From the IMG/VR virus record IMGVR_UViG_3300032315_001187, positions 1 through 61,125 of that record: 61,125 nt of DNA; one strand, 5' to 3'. The notes under the pieces are model-generated. The model saw only the letters and a program-made list of their open reading frames with translations. It ran no database searches and was not told where the DNA came from. Positions 43,197 to 53,934 of this stretch are shown one piece after another. Position numbers and translations under genes: made by a program. The stretch is from a virus. Its lineage: Duplodnaviria > Caudoviricetes. How positions within the stretch are numbered: the stretch's first letter is position 1; every line of letters begins with the position of its first letter.

Positions 43197-43603
43197 TAGA
43201 GCGTCTGGAGGCTAATGCAATGGCAACAGCCAGTCAACGCACTGATTGGACTGATATTTATTGCCGCATTGCTTCACTTGGACTCTCTGATCCATTGTTC
43301 CACGCATCTAATTTCAGGCGGATTCCCACCCGCCTAGTTGTTGCCCTGCTCAACTATCAAACAAAAGATAGGAAGCAGACTATTAATGCTCAGAGTATTA
43401 GCACTGCTAAATTGGGAATGGTTGTGATTGGAGCGCTTGCGGGTAAGAAGGCAAAGGCTTCCATTAGTGATTTTCTACCTTTTGAAAGCGAAGCGGATTC
43501 AACTGGTATGCAACCATCGACAATTGAAGCCCTGAAGTGGGCGCTCAAGAACGAAAAACTTCCTCCAGTGATAGTGGGCTTAATCGGTATTGAGCTGGCA
43601 TAG
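43184..43603 (+). CDS. Tail assembly chaperone frameshift extension (gpT-like)
   Basis: The -1 frame is open from 43184 into ORF 43220..43603. Confidence 0.7.
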   Translation, partial: PKGLVERLEANAMATASQRTDWTDIYCRIASLGLSDPLFHASNFRRIPTRLVVALLNYQTKDRKQTINAQSISTAKLGMVVIGALAGKKAKASISDFLPFESEADSTGMQPSTIEALKWALKNEKLPPVIVGLIGIELA

Positions 43604-43644
43604 AATGTTAGATTATGACTAACTGCTAACCGGTCGTTGCTCTA

Positions 43645-44163
43645 ATGGCATATACTCTGCGATTTGAAAGCAATGCAATGCAGCAAGACAATAGAATTCG
43701 ACAATTTTTAGAACAACTGGCAGTTTTTGGTCGCAATGTTAGGCGCATTGCTCGTGCTGAGGTGGAAGAGACTCGCATTAATGAACTTCGCCAATTTTAC
43801 GGAATTTCCCAAAGAACATTTGGGCGAGCGATGGACTGGGCTGACAACGATTTTGATCAGCAAATTACTTCCGATCAATGGGACTGGAAAGGACCAGACG
43901 GCAGAACACGAAGAAAAAATGGACAAGTGGTTACTGAACCACGCGACATTGTTGACACTGGCACCTTACTTAGGAGCAAGCAGCGCAATAATATCAATGG
44001 TTCCACCACTGAATTCACTTGGAATGCAGACCATGCGGAAGGCATCCACGATGGTTATGTGGCTCGTGGGGGAGGAACCAATCCGGCTCGCCCATGGACA
44101 GAACCCACCCTGCAGGAAATTGACGAAGTGATCAATACAATCTTTGCTCGGAGGGCTCAATAG
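43645..44163 (+). CDS. Neck/tail component (HK97 gp10-like)
   Basis: IVDTGTL..S...H.G...ARPW. Confidence 0.65.
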   Translation: MAYTLRFESNAMQQDNRIRQFLEQLAVFGRNVRRIARAEVEETRINELRQFYGISQRTFGRAMDWADNDFDQQITSDQWDWKGPDGRTRRKNGQVVTEPRDIVDTGTLLRSKQRNNINGSTTEFTWNADHAEGIHDGYVARGGGTNPARPWTEPTLQEIDEVINTIFARRAQ

Positions 44164-47100
44164 ATGACTTATTCAATTAATTTCTCTACTAATGCTTCTC
44201 AGGCTATTCGCGACATCCAGCGGATTAATCAGAGCATTGGAGATCTTGGAAGGCTGGGCCAAAATATCCCACTAAATTTAAACGCTGCACGACTAAGCGG
44301 AAATATTAGAGAAACATTTAGGCAGCTCAATACTGAGATTGGCCGAATGGAGACAAGGCTGTCCAGGCTGCAAATTGGCAGCAGAGCCTTTACGCAGATG
44401 AACGCAGCCATTGGCTATCGCCAAGGCAGGGTAGAGCGTGGGCAAATGATAGGCGAGCCATTGCGCTTGCGTGGACAGGCTCAAGCATTCGGAGAGGGAA
44501 CGTCTGTTCGACTTAACAAAGAACTCCAAGCCGCTCAGATTGAAGCATCACAGCTAGCGCCCAATACTGCACCATGGATTGAACTTCAGCAGCAGATTGG
44601 GCGAATCAATACACAGCTACAGCAAAGCCAGCGACTAGCCCAAACTGTTCAGATGAGAGAAAGCCTGGGAGCTTTTGCCCCTGGCAGCCTTGCAAGCCTG
44701 GAAACGAGATTAACAATTTTAAAAAATTCAGCCAGAAATATTTCTCCTAATACAAATGAATGGAGGCAATTCAATCAAGAAATACAGCGTACTGAAAAAT
44801 CAATAGAAAGAATTAATAAAAAGCCTTTGGGAACTGGTCAACGTCTGGGAGCCGCTGGTGGCGCCTTTCTCTATGGAGGAGGGCTCGGAGGCGGCGCTGG
44901 CAGCGCTCTTGGCGGTATTGCTGGCGGTTTACTCGGAGGTGTTCCTGGTGCCTTTACTGGTGCCGCTGTTGGCCAGTTTGTTGACAATATAGGACAACAG
45001 GCTGCGGCGGTGGCCACACTAGTGGCTGAAATTAATAAATCAAAAATTGCATTGGCCGGTGTTTCGACCAATGTTGATGACTACAACAAATCCATCGCTG
45101 CCGCAACCGAAATTAGTGATAAATTTCTTCTTCCAGTGTCTGACGGAATCAGACAATTTGCAAAGCTCAAGGCGAGTGTTGTGGGCGCTGGTTTCAGCAC
45201 TCAAACTACAATTGATGCCTTCAATGGTATTGGAGCTGCAGTCATTGCAACTGGTGGTTCAACTGAAGATTTAAACGGTGCCCTTCTTGCAACTTCTCAA
45301 GTATTTAGCAAGGGAAAAGTTAGCGCGGAAGAATTGCGTGGACAAATTGGTGAAAGACTTGCTGGTGCATTTACTACCTTTGCCAAATCCATTGCCAAGA
45401 CCCCTCAAGAGCTTGATGACCTTCTCGGCAAGGGGCAGGTAAGTCTTAAGGACTTCATGAAATTTATTGCAGAATTAAATACTAAGTATGGCTCTACAGC
45501 CGAACTATTAGCAAAAGCACCGGAGAATGCAGGGGCAAGACTTAATGTTGCATTACAACGTGCGGCCCTTACATTTGGCGGCTTCTTCCAGCGTGTTGGA
45601 GCAGGATTTCAAATTTATGCCACCGACCTCCTGGATTTTGTATCAAATAACGAGCAACAATTAAAAACTGCTTTTGCTTCTTTTGCCGTATTTGGAGAAG
45701 GTTTGTTTAAACTTTTTAAGGATATTGCCGCAGGTCTTGCTGGAACATTTGGTCCTTTCTTTGGCTGGTTGTTTGACAATATTGGAAAGGCAATGCGTGG
45801 CTTTGCTCGCATGATGAATACCGCCGGAAGGGAAAGAGCTGCAATGGCTCAAGGTAAAAATGTTTTCGAGCTGGGAGATCAAGCTGCCACTCGCGCTCGC
45901 GAAGAATTGGGAATCAACAGGGTTCAAGCACTTGGCAACAAGCAGTATCAAGCGCTTCAGCGTAAATATTATGATCAGGCTCTTGGTGGACAAACATACG
46001 ATCAATCAGTTGCAGCATACCAAAAACAATTTGCTGAATTTAAGCCAACAAAATTTGGAGGTGGAGTACAAGGAACTGGAATGTCAAGCGACCTGATGGG
46101 TGATGGCAAAGGGAAGGGCAAGCGTAAAAAAGAATTACAGGAGTATGTGACAGATGAAGTCAAGGCACTACAGGAAATCCAAGCGGCAAAAGAAGCTGCC
46201 ATCGATAAAAACGCCAGCTACTCGGATCGTGAGCGAGAAATTCAAAAAGCTACGGCCCAATATTTTACCGATACTGCCATTGCGGTGGCTCAATACAACG
46301 CCGCCATTAGAGATCAATCTCAGTACACTCCAGCCACTCGTGGCCAAAGAATGCAAGACCTGGCCACTTCCAGGGATCGAGCTAGGGATTTAGCCAGCAT
46401 TTCTTATACAAATAAACTGACTGGTCCATTCAGAAGCAGAGCCGAAGAGGAGAGGCAGGGCATTGTTGATCTGGAAGGAAGAATTGAAAGCTTGAAGAAA
46501 GGCAGAGAGGAATTAAGTATTGTTGAAGCAGCAGAAGTGTTTATCAAAAAGAATTTGGTGGGTGTAGATGCAACTGCTGCTGCTGCAATGCAGGAAAACA
46601 TTAATATTGTAAGGGCTCTTGCCAGGGAAAGGCAGAATCTATTAAGTATTGAACAACAGGCTGCTGCATTGGCACCACTCCGCAATCAACTGGCATTGGC
46701 GCAGGCAATTAATCCGGATGATGAGCTTCGGTTGCAATTGCAACAAAGACGACCAGACGCAACTGCAGGTCAAATAGACGAAGAGTTTAAACTTACAAAG
46801 CAAATTGAAAATGCAAACAAACTAAAAGAGGCTTATCGAGGCGTGGCTGGTGCCATTGGAGATTCTTTTGCTCAAGCATTTAAGGGAGTGGTGTCTGGTT
46901 CTATGACGGCGCAAGAAGCTCTAGCTGGGTTCTTCCAAAGCGTTGCATCTTCATTCACCGATATGCTTGCTCAAATGATTGCCGAATGGCTGAAGGCCCA
47001 ATTGGTTAAAGGATTCCTGGGCATTATCAGCTCGATTATTCCAGGGTTTGGCGGAAAAGGCGGCGGCTTGTCAGATCTCAATGCTCCAGTTAGCCCTAGC

Positions 47101-47451
47101 AATCCACTGGGAAGGTTTGCCAACGGCGGCATTGCAACTGGCGGCTTCCGCGCATTTGCCTCCGGAGGCGTCGTTACAGGCCCCACGCTTGGCCTTGTAG
47201 GCGAGGGCCGTTACAATGAGGCAGTCATTCCTCTACCAGACGGCAAGAGCGTCCCAGTGGACCTCGGGGGCGCTGGTGGCAGCGGTCAAGTTATCAGCAA
47301 CATCGTCGTCAATGTCAACTCCGATGGTCAAAGTCAAAGTCAGCAATCAGGCAATGGCAACGCAGAACTCGGCAAGAAAATTGAAGGTGCGGTCAAGCAG
47401 GTTATCGTTGGTGAACTTCGCCCCGGCGGCCTCCTAGCAAATAGAAGATAA
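44164..47451 (+). CDS. Tape measure protein
   Basis: SQVFSKGKVSAEELRGQIGER tape-measure domain; C-terminal FA.GG...GEG...EAVIPL. Confidence 0.92.
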   Translation: MTYSINFSTNASQAIRDIQRINQSIGDLGRLGQNIPLNLNAARLSGNIRETFRQLNTEIGRMETRLSRLQIGSRAFTQMNAAIGYRQGRVERGQMIGEPLRLRGQAQAFGEGTSVRLNKELQAAQIEASQLAPNTAPWIELQQQIGRINTQLQQSQRLAQTVQMRESLGAFAPGSLASLETRLTILKNSARNISPNTNEWRQFNQEIQRTEKSIERINKKPLGTGQRLGAAGGAFLYGGGLGGGAGSALGGIAGGLLGGVPGAFTGAAVGQFVDNIGQQAAAVATLVAEINKSKIALAGVSTNVDDYNKSIAAATEISDKFLLPVSDGIRQFAKLKASVVGAGFSTQTTIDAFNGIGAAVIATGGSTEDLNGALLATSQVFSKGKVSAEELRGQIGERLAGAFTTFAKSIAKTPQELDDLLGKGQVSLKDFMKFIAELNTKYGSTAELLAKAPENAGARLNVALQRAALTFGGFFQRVGAGFQIYATDLLDFVSNNEQQLKTAFASFAVFGEGLFKLFKDIAAGLAGTFGPFFGWLFDNIGKAMRGFARMMNTAGRERAAMAQGKNVFELGDQAATRAREELGINRVQALGNKQYQALQRKYYDQALGGQTYDQSVAAYQKQFAEFKPTKFGGGVQGTGMSSDLMGDGKGKGKRKKELQEYVTDEVKALQEIQAAKEAAIDKNASYSDREREIQKATAQYFTDTAIAVAQYNAAIRDQSQYTPATRGQRMQDLATSRDRARDLASISYTNKLTGPFRSRAEEERQGIVDLEGRIESLKKGREELSIVEAAEVFIKKNLVGVDATAAAAMQENINIVRALARERQNLLSIEQQAAALAPLRNQLALAQAINPDDELRLQLQQRRPDATAGQIDEEFKLTKQIENANKLKEAYRGVAGAIGDSFAQAFKGVVSGSMTAQEALAGFFQSVASSFTDMLAQMIAEWLKAQLVKGFLGIISSIIPGFGGKGGGLSDLNAPVSPSNPLGRFANGGIATGGFRAFASGGVVTGPTLGLVGEGRYNEAVIPLPDGKSVPVDLGGAGGSGQVISNIVVNVNSDGQSQSQQSGNGNAELGKKIEGAVKQVIVGELRPGGLLANRR

Positions 47452-47804
47452 TGACACAGCCCACTCTTGCCCTTCCTTGTGAATACGGACTAACAGTCCA
47501 GCGTGGCAGTCGCACGCAGAAAATTAGCTTTGGTGATGGGTATGAGCAAGTAAGTCCAGACGGCATCAACTCTGACATCAGACAGTACCAAATCGACACT
47601 GCGCCCATTGCAGACTCCACCGCCATTGCGCTAGACAAGCAACTTTCCGCACTCGTGGGAGATTTCTTCTATTCGCAATTCTTCATGGATGACCAGATGT
47701 ACAAATATCGTCTAGAGCCAAATCAATGGCAATGGAAAATTATTGGACCAGATAACAATGTGTTTTCATTTGCGGTGAGGAGGATTTATGACACTAGAAG
47801 CTGA
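47451..47804 (+). CDS. Minor tail protein M-like (distal tail)
   Basis: FGDGYEQ...DGIN. Confidence 0.85.
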   Translation: MTQPTLALPCEYGLTVQRGSRTQKISFGDGYEQVSPDGINSDIRQYQIDTAPIADSTAIALDKQLSALVGDFFYSQFFMDDQMYKYRLEPNQWQWKIIGPDNNVFSFAVRRIYDTRS

Positions 47805-48954
47805 CGTACAAAAAGGCTGGCATAGTGCCATTGTCGAGATGTTCGACATTGACCTTACTGCCATCACTGGCGACGCTCAGGATATTTTTTACTTCACCAA
47901 TCAACTCAAGCCCGACGAAACTAAAATTCAATGGAAGGGCAATATTTACGAGCCTCTCTCATTGCTCTCTAGTGGTTACGAAACAAACACCACAGGACAA
48001 ATTGCGCAGCCAACATTAACTGTTGCCAATATTCTCGGCACTTTCACTGACGTGGTGGAGAACCTAGAGGATTTAGTTGGTGGCAAAGTCACAAGGCGAC
48101 GCACGTTTGCAAAGTATTTAGACGGCGAGCCCGAAGCTGACACTTTACAGGAATTTCCCATTGATATTTATTATATTGAGCGCAAGACTGAAGAAACAGC
48201 AATAAGCATCACGTGGCAACTTGGAAGCGTAATGGACCTGGAGGGCTTGCAACTTCCTCGTCGAGTTATCACGCAAAATCATTGCCTGTGGAAATATAGA
48301 GGCAGCGAATGTGGCTATGTGGGAGCGCCAGTATTTAATGTCAATGATGAAGTGATTTCCACTACTGGACTATCCGCTCAAGCCGTTACAGTGATTAACG
48401 CTTGGACTTTAAATGAACAGCGCAAAGCTGAATACAACAATGCCGTATCAATAAGAAATAAAGCATTTGAAACGCAACAAAATGAATGTGATTCCAACGT
48501 AAAAATTGAAACTAAATACAGCAGAACGGCGCCGGAATCGTATGTGGTAAGCAGCAGCAGTTTGTATTCCTTTGCCAATGCCTTCTGGGATGGCGCAGAA
48601 GTATCGCTGGGTCAGTTTTATAGGCAGGGAATACTGCGAGAGAGCCCAACGGGCGATGGCGATAGGTTTGATCTTGGCATTGAATATTACGAAATAGAAC
48701 GATGGGGCGGAGATCCAGCACGCTGCGGCATTGCAAATACTGCCCTCTCCAATGCCAACGCAGCACTTGCCACTGCCACGAGCAACTACAACGCTTCCCA
48801 GGCGGCGCTCACGGCGGCCCTAGCGGCACTTCCCGCTCTTGACCCATTGTGGAATATTGACGTGTGTGGCAAGCGCGTAAGGAGCTGTCAGTTGCACTTT
48901 CCCGAACAGTCCATTCCTTTCGGCGGCTTTCCAGGGGCCAATTTGTCACGATGA
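47788..48954 (+). CDS. Minor tail protein L-like with a large insertion
   Basis: RRRTFAKYLD, LPRR, C.W.YRG.ECGY...CGK...C...FGGFPG. Confidence 0.9.
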   Translation: MTLEADVQKGWHSAIVEMFDIDLTAITGDAQDIFYFTNQLKPDETKIQWKGNIYEPLSLLSSGYETNTTGQIAQPTLTVANILGTFTDVVENLEDLVGGKVTRRRTFAKYLDGEPEADTLQEFPIDIYYIERKTEETAISITWQLGSVMDLEGLQLPRRVITQNHCLWKYRGSECGYVGAPVFNVNDEVISTTGLSAQAVTVINAWTLNEQRKAEYNNAVSIRNKAFETQQNECDSNVKIETKYSRTAPESYVVSSSSLYSFANAFWDGAEVSLGQFYRQGILRESPTGDGDRFDLGIEYYEIERWGGDPARCGIANTALSNANAALATATSNYNASQAALTAALAALPALDPLWNIDVCGKRVRSCQLHFPEQSIPFGGFPGANLSR

Positions 48955-49664
48955 ATTTTTCCTTCAGTCATCTACATGCAGAGATGAAAATCTATGCACT
49001 TAAGCAGTTTCCTGAGGAAGCATGCGGATTGATTGTTAATGACAAATTTATCCCATGCAAAAATGTTCATTTTGAGCCGCTCGCTAATTTTGCCATTGAT
49101 GCGAAAGCCTATGCAAGGGCAGAGAAGAAGGGCACAATTCAAGCAATCTTTCACTCCCATCCGGGCAAACTAAATACTTTCAGCATGCACGACATTCAAT
49201 CTTGCAAAGAAAGTAATTTACCATGGGTGATGTATTGTACGGTCACTGGAGAATGGTTTGAAATTGATCCGTCTGGCAACGCACCGTACATTGGAAGGCG
49301 ATGGCAGTATGGCATTTATGATTGCTATTCGTTATTTAGAGATTTTTACCGTCGTGAATTCAACATTGTCCTCGATGATTTTAGTCGAGGGGAAGAGGGA
49401 GAATGGACCAAGCCTGAATGGCGCATGTTTGAGAAGAACGTAGAACGGCAAGGTTTTGTTGATATTGAGGGGCCATTGCGGAGAGGCGACATGCTGCTCA
49501 TGCAAATGCAATCGTCGTTCATCAACCATGCTGGTTTTATTGCCATTCCAGAACGCAATGTTTTCTACCAGCACTTGACCGACAGACTGTCAGAAGAAAG
49601 TATCTATGGGGGATATTGGGCTAAAGTAACGAATAGGATCATGCGACACAAGGAGCTGCTGTGA
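48951..49664 (+). CDS. Tail assembly protein K-like (JAB plus NlpC/P60)
   Basis: P.EACG, HSHP, DCY, NHAG. Confidence 0.9.
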   Translation: MNFSFSHLHAEMKIYALKQFPEEACGLIVNDKFIPCKNVHFEPLANFAIDAKAYARAEKKGTIQAIFHSHPGKLNTFSMHDIQSCKESNLPWVMYCTVTGEWFEIDPSGNAPYIGRRWQYGIYDCYSLFRDFYRREFNIVLDDFSRGEEGEWTKPEWRMFEKNVERQGFVDIEGPLRRGDMLLMQMQSSFINHAGFIAIPERNVFYQHLTDRLSEESIYGGYWAKVTNRIMRHKELL

Positions 49665-50287
49665 TGCAACTAGTAGAAGTCAGTCTTCTTGGCGAATTAG
49701 GGCGTAAATTTGGCCGTAAGTACTCTTTTATGGCGACTTCGCCCAAGGATATTTTTTCGGCATTGTGCAATCAATTAGAGGGTTTTAAGGAGTACATGAG
49801 CAATGCCCATGAAAATGGCATTGGCTTTCGTCTTGTTGACGGTGACCCGGAAGGTATGGACTATGCCAATCTTTTCCTTGGATGCAGAAAGCTTGTTATT
49901 GCTCCCATCGTGTCTGGCGGTGGCACCGTTGGACGTATTTTGATTGGCGTGGCGCTTGTTGCCTTAGCATTTATTCCTGGTGTTGGCTGGGCCGCAGCCA
50001 CTGCCGCAACAGCAGCCAAGGCAGCTACTGCTGCTGGATTTACAGTGGCTGGAAGTCTTTTATTCTCGTTGGGAACAAGTTTAGTGCTCAGCGGTGTTGC
50101 CAGTCTGCTCACTCCGCCAGTCAGTAATCCCAAAAGCGACACTGACAAGAAAGATAGTTTTCTATTTGACCGAGCGGCAGAACTTACCACGCAAGGAAAT
50201 CCAGTGCCAATTCTTTATGGACGTTTCCTGGCTGGTAGTCCCTTGGTTATTAGTTCTGCAATTACCACTCAACAAGTGCCCGTTTGA
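49664..50287 (+). CDS. Tail assembly protein I-like
   Basis: L.GELG.KFG, QG.PVPILYG...GS.VIS. Confidence 0.9.
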   Translation: MQLVEVSLLGELGRKFGRKYSFMATSPKDIFSALCNQLEGFKEYMSNAHENGIGFRLVDGDPEGMDYANLFLGCRKLVIAPIVSGGGTVGRILIGVALVALAFIPGVGWAAATAATAAKAATAAGFTVAGSLLFSLGTSLVLSGVASLLTPPVSNPKSDTDKKDSFLFDRAAELTTQGNPVPILYGRFLAGSPLVISSAITTQQVPV

Positions 50288-52422
50288 TGGAGAATTCAAG
50301 CTTGCAAAAGAAGAACGGTGGCTGGACAACTGTCATCACTGGTGCTGGCGGCGGAGGCGGCGGCGGAGGCGGCAAGAAAGGCGGCAAGAAACCCACTGAA
50401 GACGCCGAGTCCCTTAGGAGCAGATCAGAGGCCATCTTTGTTGCAATACTTTCCGAGGGCGAGATACAAGGTTTTGAGGACGGCGTAGACCCGCTCACTC
50501 GCATCTATTTAGATGATGTGCCAATTAAAAATAAAGATGGTAGTTTTAACTTTACAATCAATGGTTTCTTCACTGGCTCTCCTGCGTCTGCGCTTGGCAA
50601 GGGAAGTTTAATTCCAGCAATTTCTACTTCTATTCCATCGTTACAACGAACTAACGCAACTGGTGCAGTTGATTCGATTGTTGTTGACTATCGAGTGGGC
50701 ACTCAGAATCAGGATCCCATGCCGGGTTTTGATGATATCAAAGCAGAGCAAGGAGTAAATATTAAGCTGTCAAGCGTCACTGGACCAGTCGCTAGAGTTA
50801 CAACTAGCAATATTTTCACAAGACTTCGCGTGAGAATGGGCGTCGGCAGTTTGTTCAAGATTAACAAAGACAGTGGAGACGTAAAAGGAAGTGACGTAAC
50901 TTTCAACATCAGAATTAGACCAGAGGGAGGATCAGATATTTTCAACGAAAACAAAACTATCAGTGGCAAATCACGCGGTCCTGTTGATTTTGAATATGAA
51001 TATGCGCTAACTGGTAACGGTCCATGGTTGGTGACGGTGCAACGCATTACGGCAGATCCCACCACTACTGCCACGAGTGACGACCTTTATTTCAAGGCAA
51101 TTGTTGGCATTGTTGATCAATCTTTCCGCTATCCCAATACTTCACTATTTGGTCTAAAAATTGGCGCCGAGAACTTTTCCTCTGTGCCAAAAGTTGCTAT
51201 TGACATGCTGGGGATAAAAGTAAAAATTCCTACCAATTACAACCCCATTGCTCGTTCGTATAGTGGCATTTGGAATGGAGTGTTTAAGACTGAATACAGC
51301 AACAATCCTGCATGGATTTTTTATGACTTGCTAACCAATAGTCGCTATGGATGTGGGCAGTTTATTGATGAAAGTCAAGTGGACAGATATAGTCTTTATT
51401 CCATCGCTCAATATTGTGACGAACTGGTGCCCGATGGCAAAGGAGGAATGGAACCGCGCCTAACGTTTAATGCTTATGTGACCGATAGAGGAGAAGCTTA
51501 TGACGTGCTGAACAGTCTTGCTGCTGCGTTTCGTGGCATGTTGTACTTTGCCGAAGGTAGCGTTGTCGCCATTCAAGACAGGCCCAAGACAATTAGTAAG
51601 ATTTTCTCTCCAGCTAATGTCATTCAAGAAACGGACGACAATGGCAATGTAAGCACACCACCATTCAACTATGAAGGCACGGCTCGCAAGGCCCGCAAGA
51701 CTGTTGCTCTAGTTAGCTGGAATGACCCAGACGATTCTTACAAGAGCAAGATTGAATATGTGGAGGATGCGCCCGGCATCGACCGCTACGGCTATCACGA
51801 GACGGAGGTGAGGGCCTTTGGCACCACTTCTCAAGGACAGGCCCAGCGTGTTGGACGGTGGATCCTGACCACAAACCAACTGGAAACTGAAACCGTCACC
51901 TTCAAGACTGGTACGGAAGGATTCTTTGTCCTTCCCGGTGAAATCATTGGCATTGCAGATCCAGCTAAGGGAGGGAAGCGCTATGGAGGCAGAGTGGTGA
52001 GTGCCACAACTTCTGAAATTATTCTCGATCAGGAATTTACCATTACAGGCGGCAAGTCTTATTCACTGTCAACAATGCTGCCCAATGGCACGCTAGAAAC
52101 TCGTGCTGTCATCAATTCTCCCGGAGACTTTGCTGCGATTGCCGTGAGCCCTGCTTTTTCCATTGCTCCTGAATCTAGCGCTCCATGGGTGATGCAAGAA
52201 GACGCCGAAGGCATTCGTACTTTCAGAGTGATTTCCTTGACAGAGAACGATGGAAAAATAACAGTGCTGGCCTCTCTTTATGACGACAGTAAATTTAGCA
52301 CCACTGACAATGCCACTGTCCTCAGCAAGCCTCGCATATCTCTTGCCACCACTCAAATTGTGCCGCAAGTAATAAATGGTAGCATTATCTTAGGCGTACC
52401 TTCTGATGTGGCTCCCGCATAA
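50287..52422 (+). CDS. Tail tip protein J-like (short)
   Basis: SEGEI.G, YPNT, SNNPAWIFYDLLT..RYG, YCDELVPDG.GG.EPR, CTS-like TTSQGQA.R.G.W. Confidence 0.9.
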   Translation: MENSSLQKKNGGWTTVITGAGGGGGGGGGKKGGKKPTEDAESLRSRSEAIFVAILSEGEIQGFEDGVDPLTRIYLDDVPIKNKDGSFNFTINGFFTGSPASALGKGSLIPAISTSIPSLQRTNATGAVDSIVVDYRVGTQNQDPMPGFDDIKAEQGVNIKLSSVTGPVARVTTSNIFTRLRVRMGVGSLFKINKDSGDVKGSDVTFNIRIRPEGGSDIFNENKTISGKSRGPVDFEYEYALTGNGPWLVTVQRITADPTTTATSDDLYFKAIVGIVDQSFRYPNTSLFGLKIGAENFSSVPKVAIDMLGIKVKIPTNYNPIARSYSGIWNGVFKTEYSNNPAWIFYDLLTNSRYGCGQFIDESQVDRYSLYSIAQYCDELVPDGKGGMEPRLTFNAYVTDRGEAYDVLNSLAAAFRGMLYFAEGSVVAIQDRPKTISKIFSPANVIQETDDNGNVSTPPFNYEGTARKARKTVALVSWNDPDDSYKSKIEYVEDAPGIDRYGYHETEVRAFGTTSQGQAQRVGRWILTTNQLETETVTFKTGTEGFFVLPGEIIGIADPAKGGKRYGGRVVSATTSEIILDQEFTITGGKSYSLSTMLPNGTLETRAVINSPGDFAAIAVSPAFSIAPESSAPWVMQEDAEGIRTFRVISLTENDGKITVLASLYDDSKFSTTDNATVLSKPRISLATTQIVPQVINGSIILGVPSDVAPA

Positions 52423-52820
52423 TGGCTCAAAATGAAGTGTCGTGGAAGTTTCCACAGTATTCCGGCTATTCCATTCTTAATGCAGCAGTTCATCCGTTGA
52501 TCTGCTGGAATCCAGTGCAGAACAATCCGTTGATTGCTGCCTTTGAAGTGGCATATTTGGACATTGAAAACAATTTATGGATTGATCTTGGCCGCACATC
52601 AACAAATTACATTCGTTTCCCATCGGATGATTACAATGCGGAAGCCGTTTATCAGATTAGAGTTGCTACAATTGGCGTTAACGGCACCCGTTCCTCCTAT
52701 TCGTATAGTACGGTTACGCTGTCCAGCCCGTTGTGCTTTAACTTCACGGCTAGTCAGACAGTAGTATTGGCTAATGGCACGCAAGTGCAAAATCAGCGCT
52801 ATCTCTTCCTCGTTCTTTAA
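52422..52820 (+). CDS. Fibronectin-III-like tail protein
   Basis: W.PV...YQIRV..IG.NG.RS; directly follows J. Confidence 0.55.
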   Translation: MAQNEVSWKFPQYSGYSILNAAVHPLICWNPVQNNPLIAAFEVAYLDIENNLWIDLGRTSTNYIRFPSDDYNAEAVYQIRVATIGVNGTRSSYSYSTVTLSSPLCFNFTASQTVVLANGTQVQNQRYLFLVL

Positions 52821-52822
52821 GC

Positions 52823-53233
52823 ATGGCTAATCTTTACGGACTTGATGCGGGCGGCAATGCAGCTTATGTAAAGGCTACTGGCGCTGGTTCTAACGGCGAT
52901 CCGTTCCTCGTGCAGAACGATGCGTTTACCACGCAAATGAAAAGTGCCTTCATCACTGGCAGTGCTAGTGCTGATGTGGTGGCCGCAATTGGTAGTACAA
53001 AGCTTCGAGTGATGTCAATGGCAATCACTTCGGTATCTGGCTGTACAGTAAAGATTCAGAGTGGTGGCTCCACTGACAAGACCCCTCCGTTTCACATTGC
53101 GGCCAATGGCAATTTGACGCTCTCGAATAGTCTCGGCATCTTTGAAAGCAATACTGGCGAAAAGCTTAATGCCGTGGTGAGTGGCACCACTACCTACACG
53201 GTGATGCTCTCCTATCGTGAAGTGACAGCATGA
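52823..53233 (+). CDS. Putative virion structural protein
   Basis: Gly/Ser/Thr-rich; in the tail module. Confidence 0.65.
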   Translation: MANLYGLDAGGNAAYVKATGAGSNGDPFLVQNDAFTTQMKSAFITGSASADVVAAIGSTKLRVMSMAITSVSGCTVKIQSGGSTDKTPPFHIAANGNLTLSNSLGIFESNTGEKLNAVVSGTTTYTVMLSYREVTA

Positions 53234-53928
53234 GCGATTTTCTGGCTACTTCCATTGTCCCTCGTGTTGACCTTCACCTGTTGAGGAGGGATTATTTTGA
53301 TGGCGTTAGCCTTTTACTGCAAACTGCTAGTGGCACTCCATATGATTTAAGCGGAGTGCAAGTGTGTGCCACCATTTGGAAGAAAACTGGTGGTTCTTCA
53401 TACACGCAAATCACTTCAGTCAATGTGGAAGAGCAGGAACCGCTTAGGGCTGGGCAGGTGCGGCTTTGGCTTACATCTTCTCAAACTGCTGCAATTTGGG
53501 ATGCATACGGACCAAGTAATTCGACTGGTGGCGTTTTCTTCCCAACGGCCTACACTGAGGATGCGTCCATCGCTTCATTTTCTTCCTTGTTCTGGGACGT
53601 TCGCATTGAAACGTTGGAGCCATTGACGGATTTGATTTCAGTGAGCAGCGGTACGTTTATTTCTCAAAACAATCATACGCTTGGTTCCTCCGAGCGAGTT
53701 ACTTTCAGTGGCACCACAGTTTCTGGCATCAATTTCAACTATACTAGTGCTACCGTGTATAGCGGTTTGACCAACATTTCTTACCTTCCCCCGTATTCTT
53801 TTAGAATTCCAGCCTTGTCTGGGGTGACAAATGGCGCGGTGGGTGGAGAAGTTTATAGACTAAAGCAAGACACTGTAATTGCTGGCAATGTTGTTGTTGG
53901 CACTACTTTATCAAATTGTTTCCCTTGA
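53230..53928 (+). CDS. Putative baseplate/tail adaptor protein
   Basis: PYDLSG...WD pattern; in the tail module. Confidence 0.6.
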   Translation: MSDFLATSIVPRVDLHLLRRDYFDGVSLLLQTASGTPYDLSGVQVCATIWKKTGGSSYTQITSVNVEEQEPLRAGQVRLWLTSSQTAAIWDAYGPSNSTGGVFFPTAYTEDASIASFSSLFWDVRIETLEPLTDLISVSSGTFISQNNHTLGSSERVTFSGTTVSGINFNYTSATVYSGLTNISYLPPYSFRIPALSGVTNGAVGGEVYRLKQDTVIAGNVVVGTTLSNCFP

Positions 53929-53934
53929 TAAATC

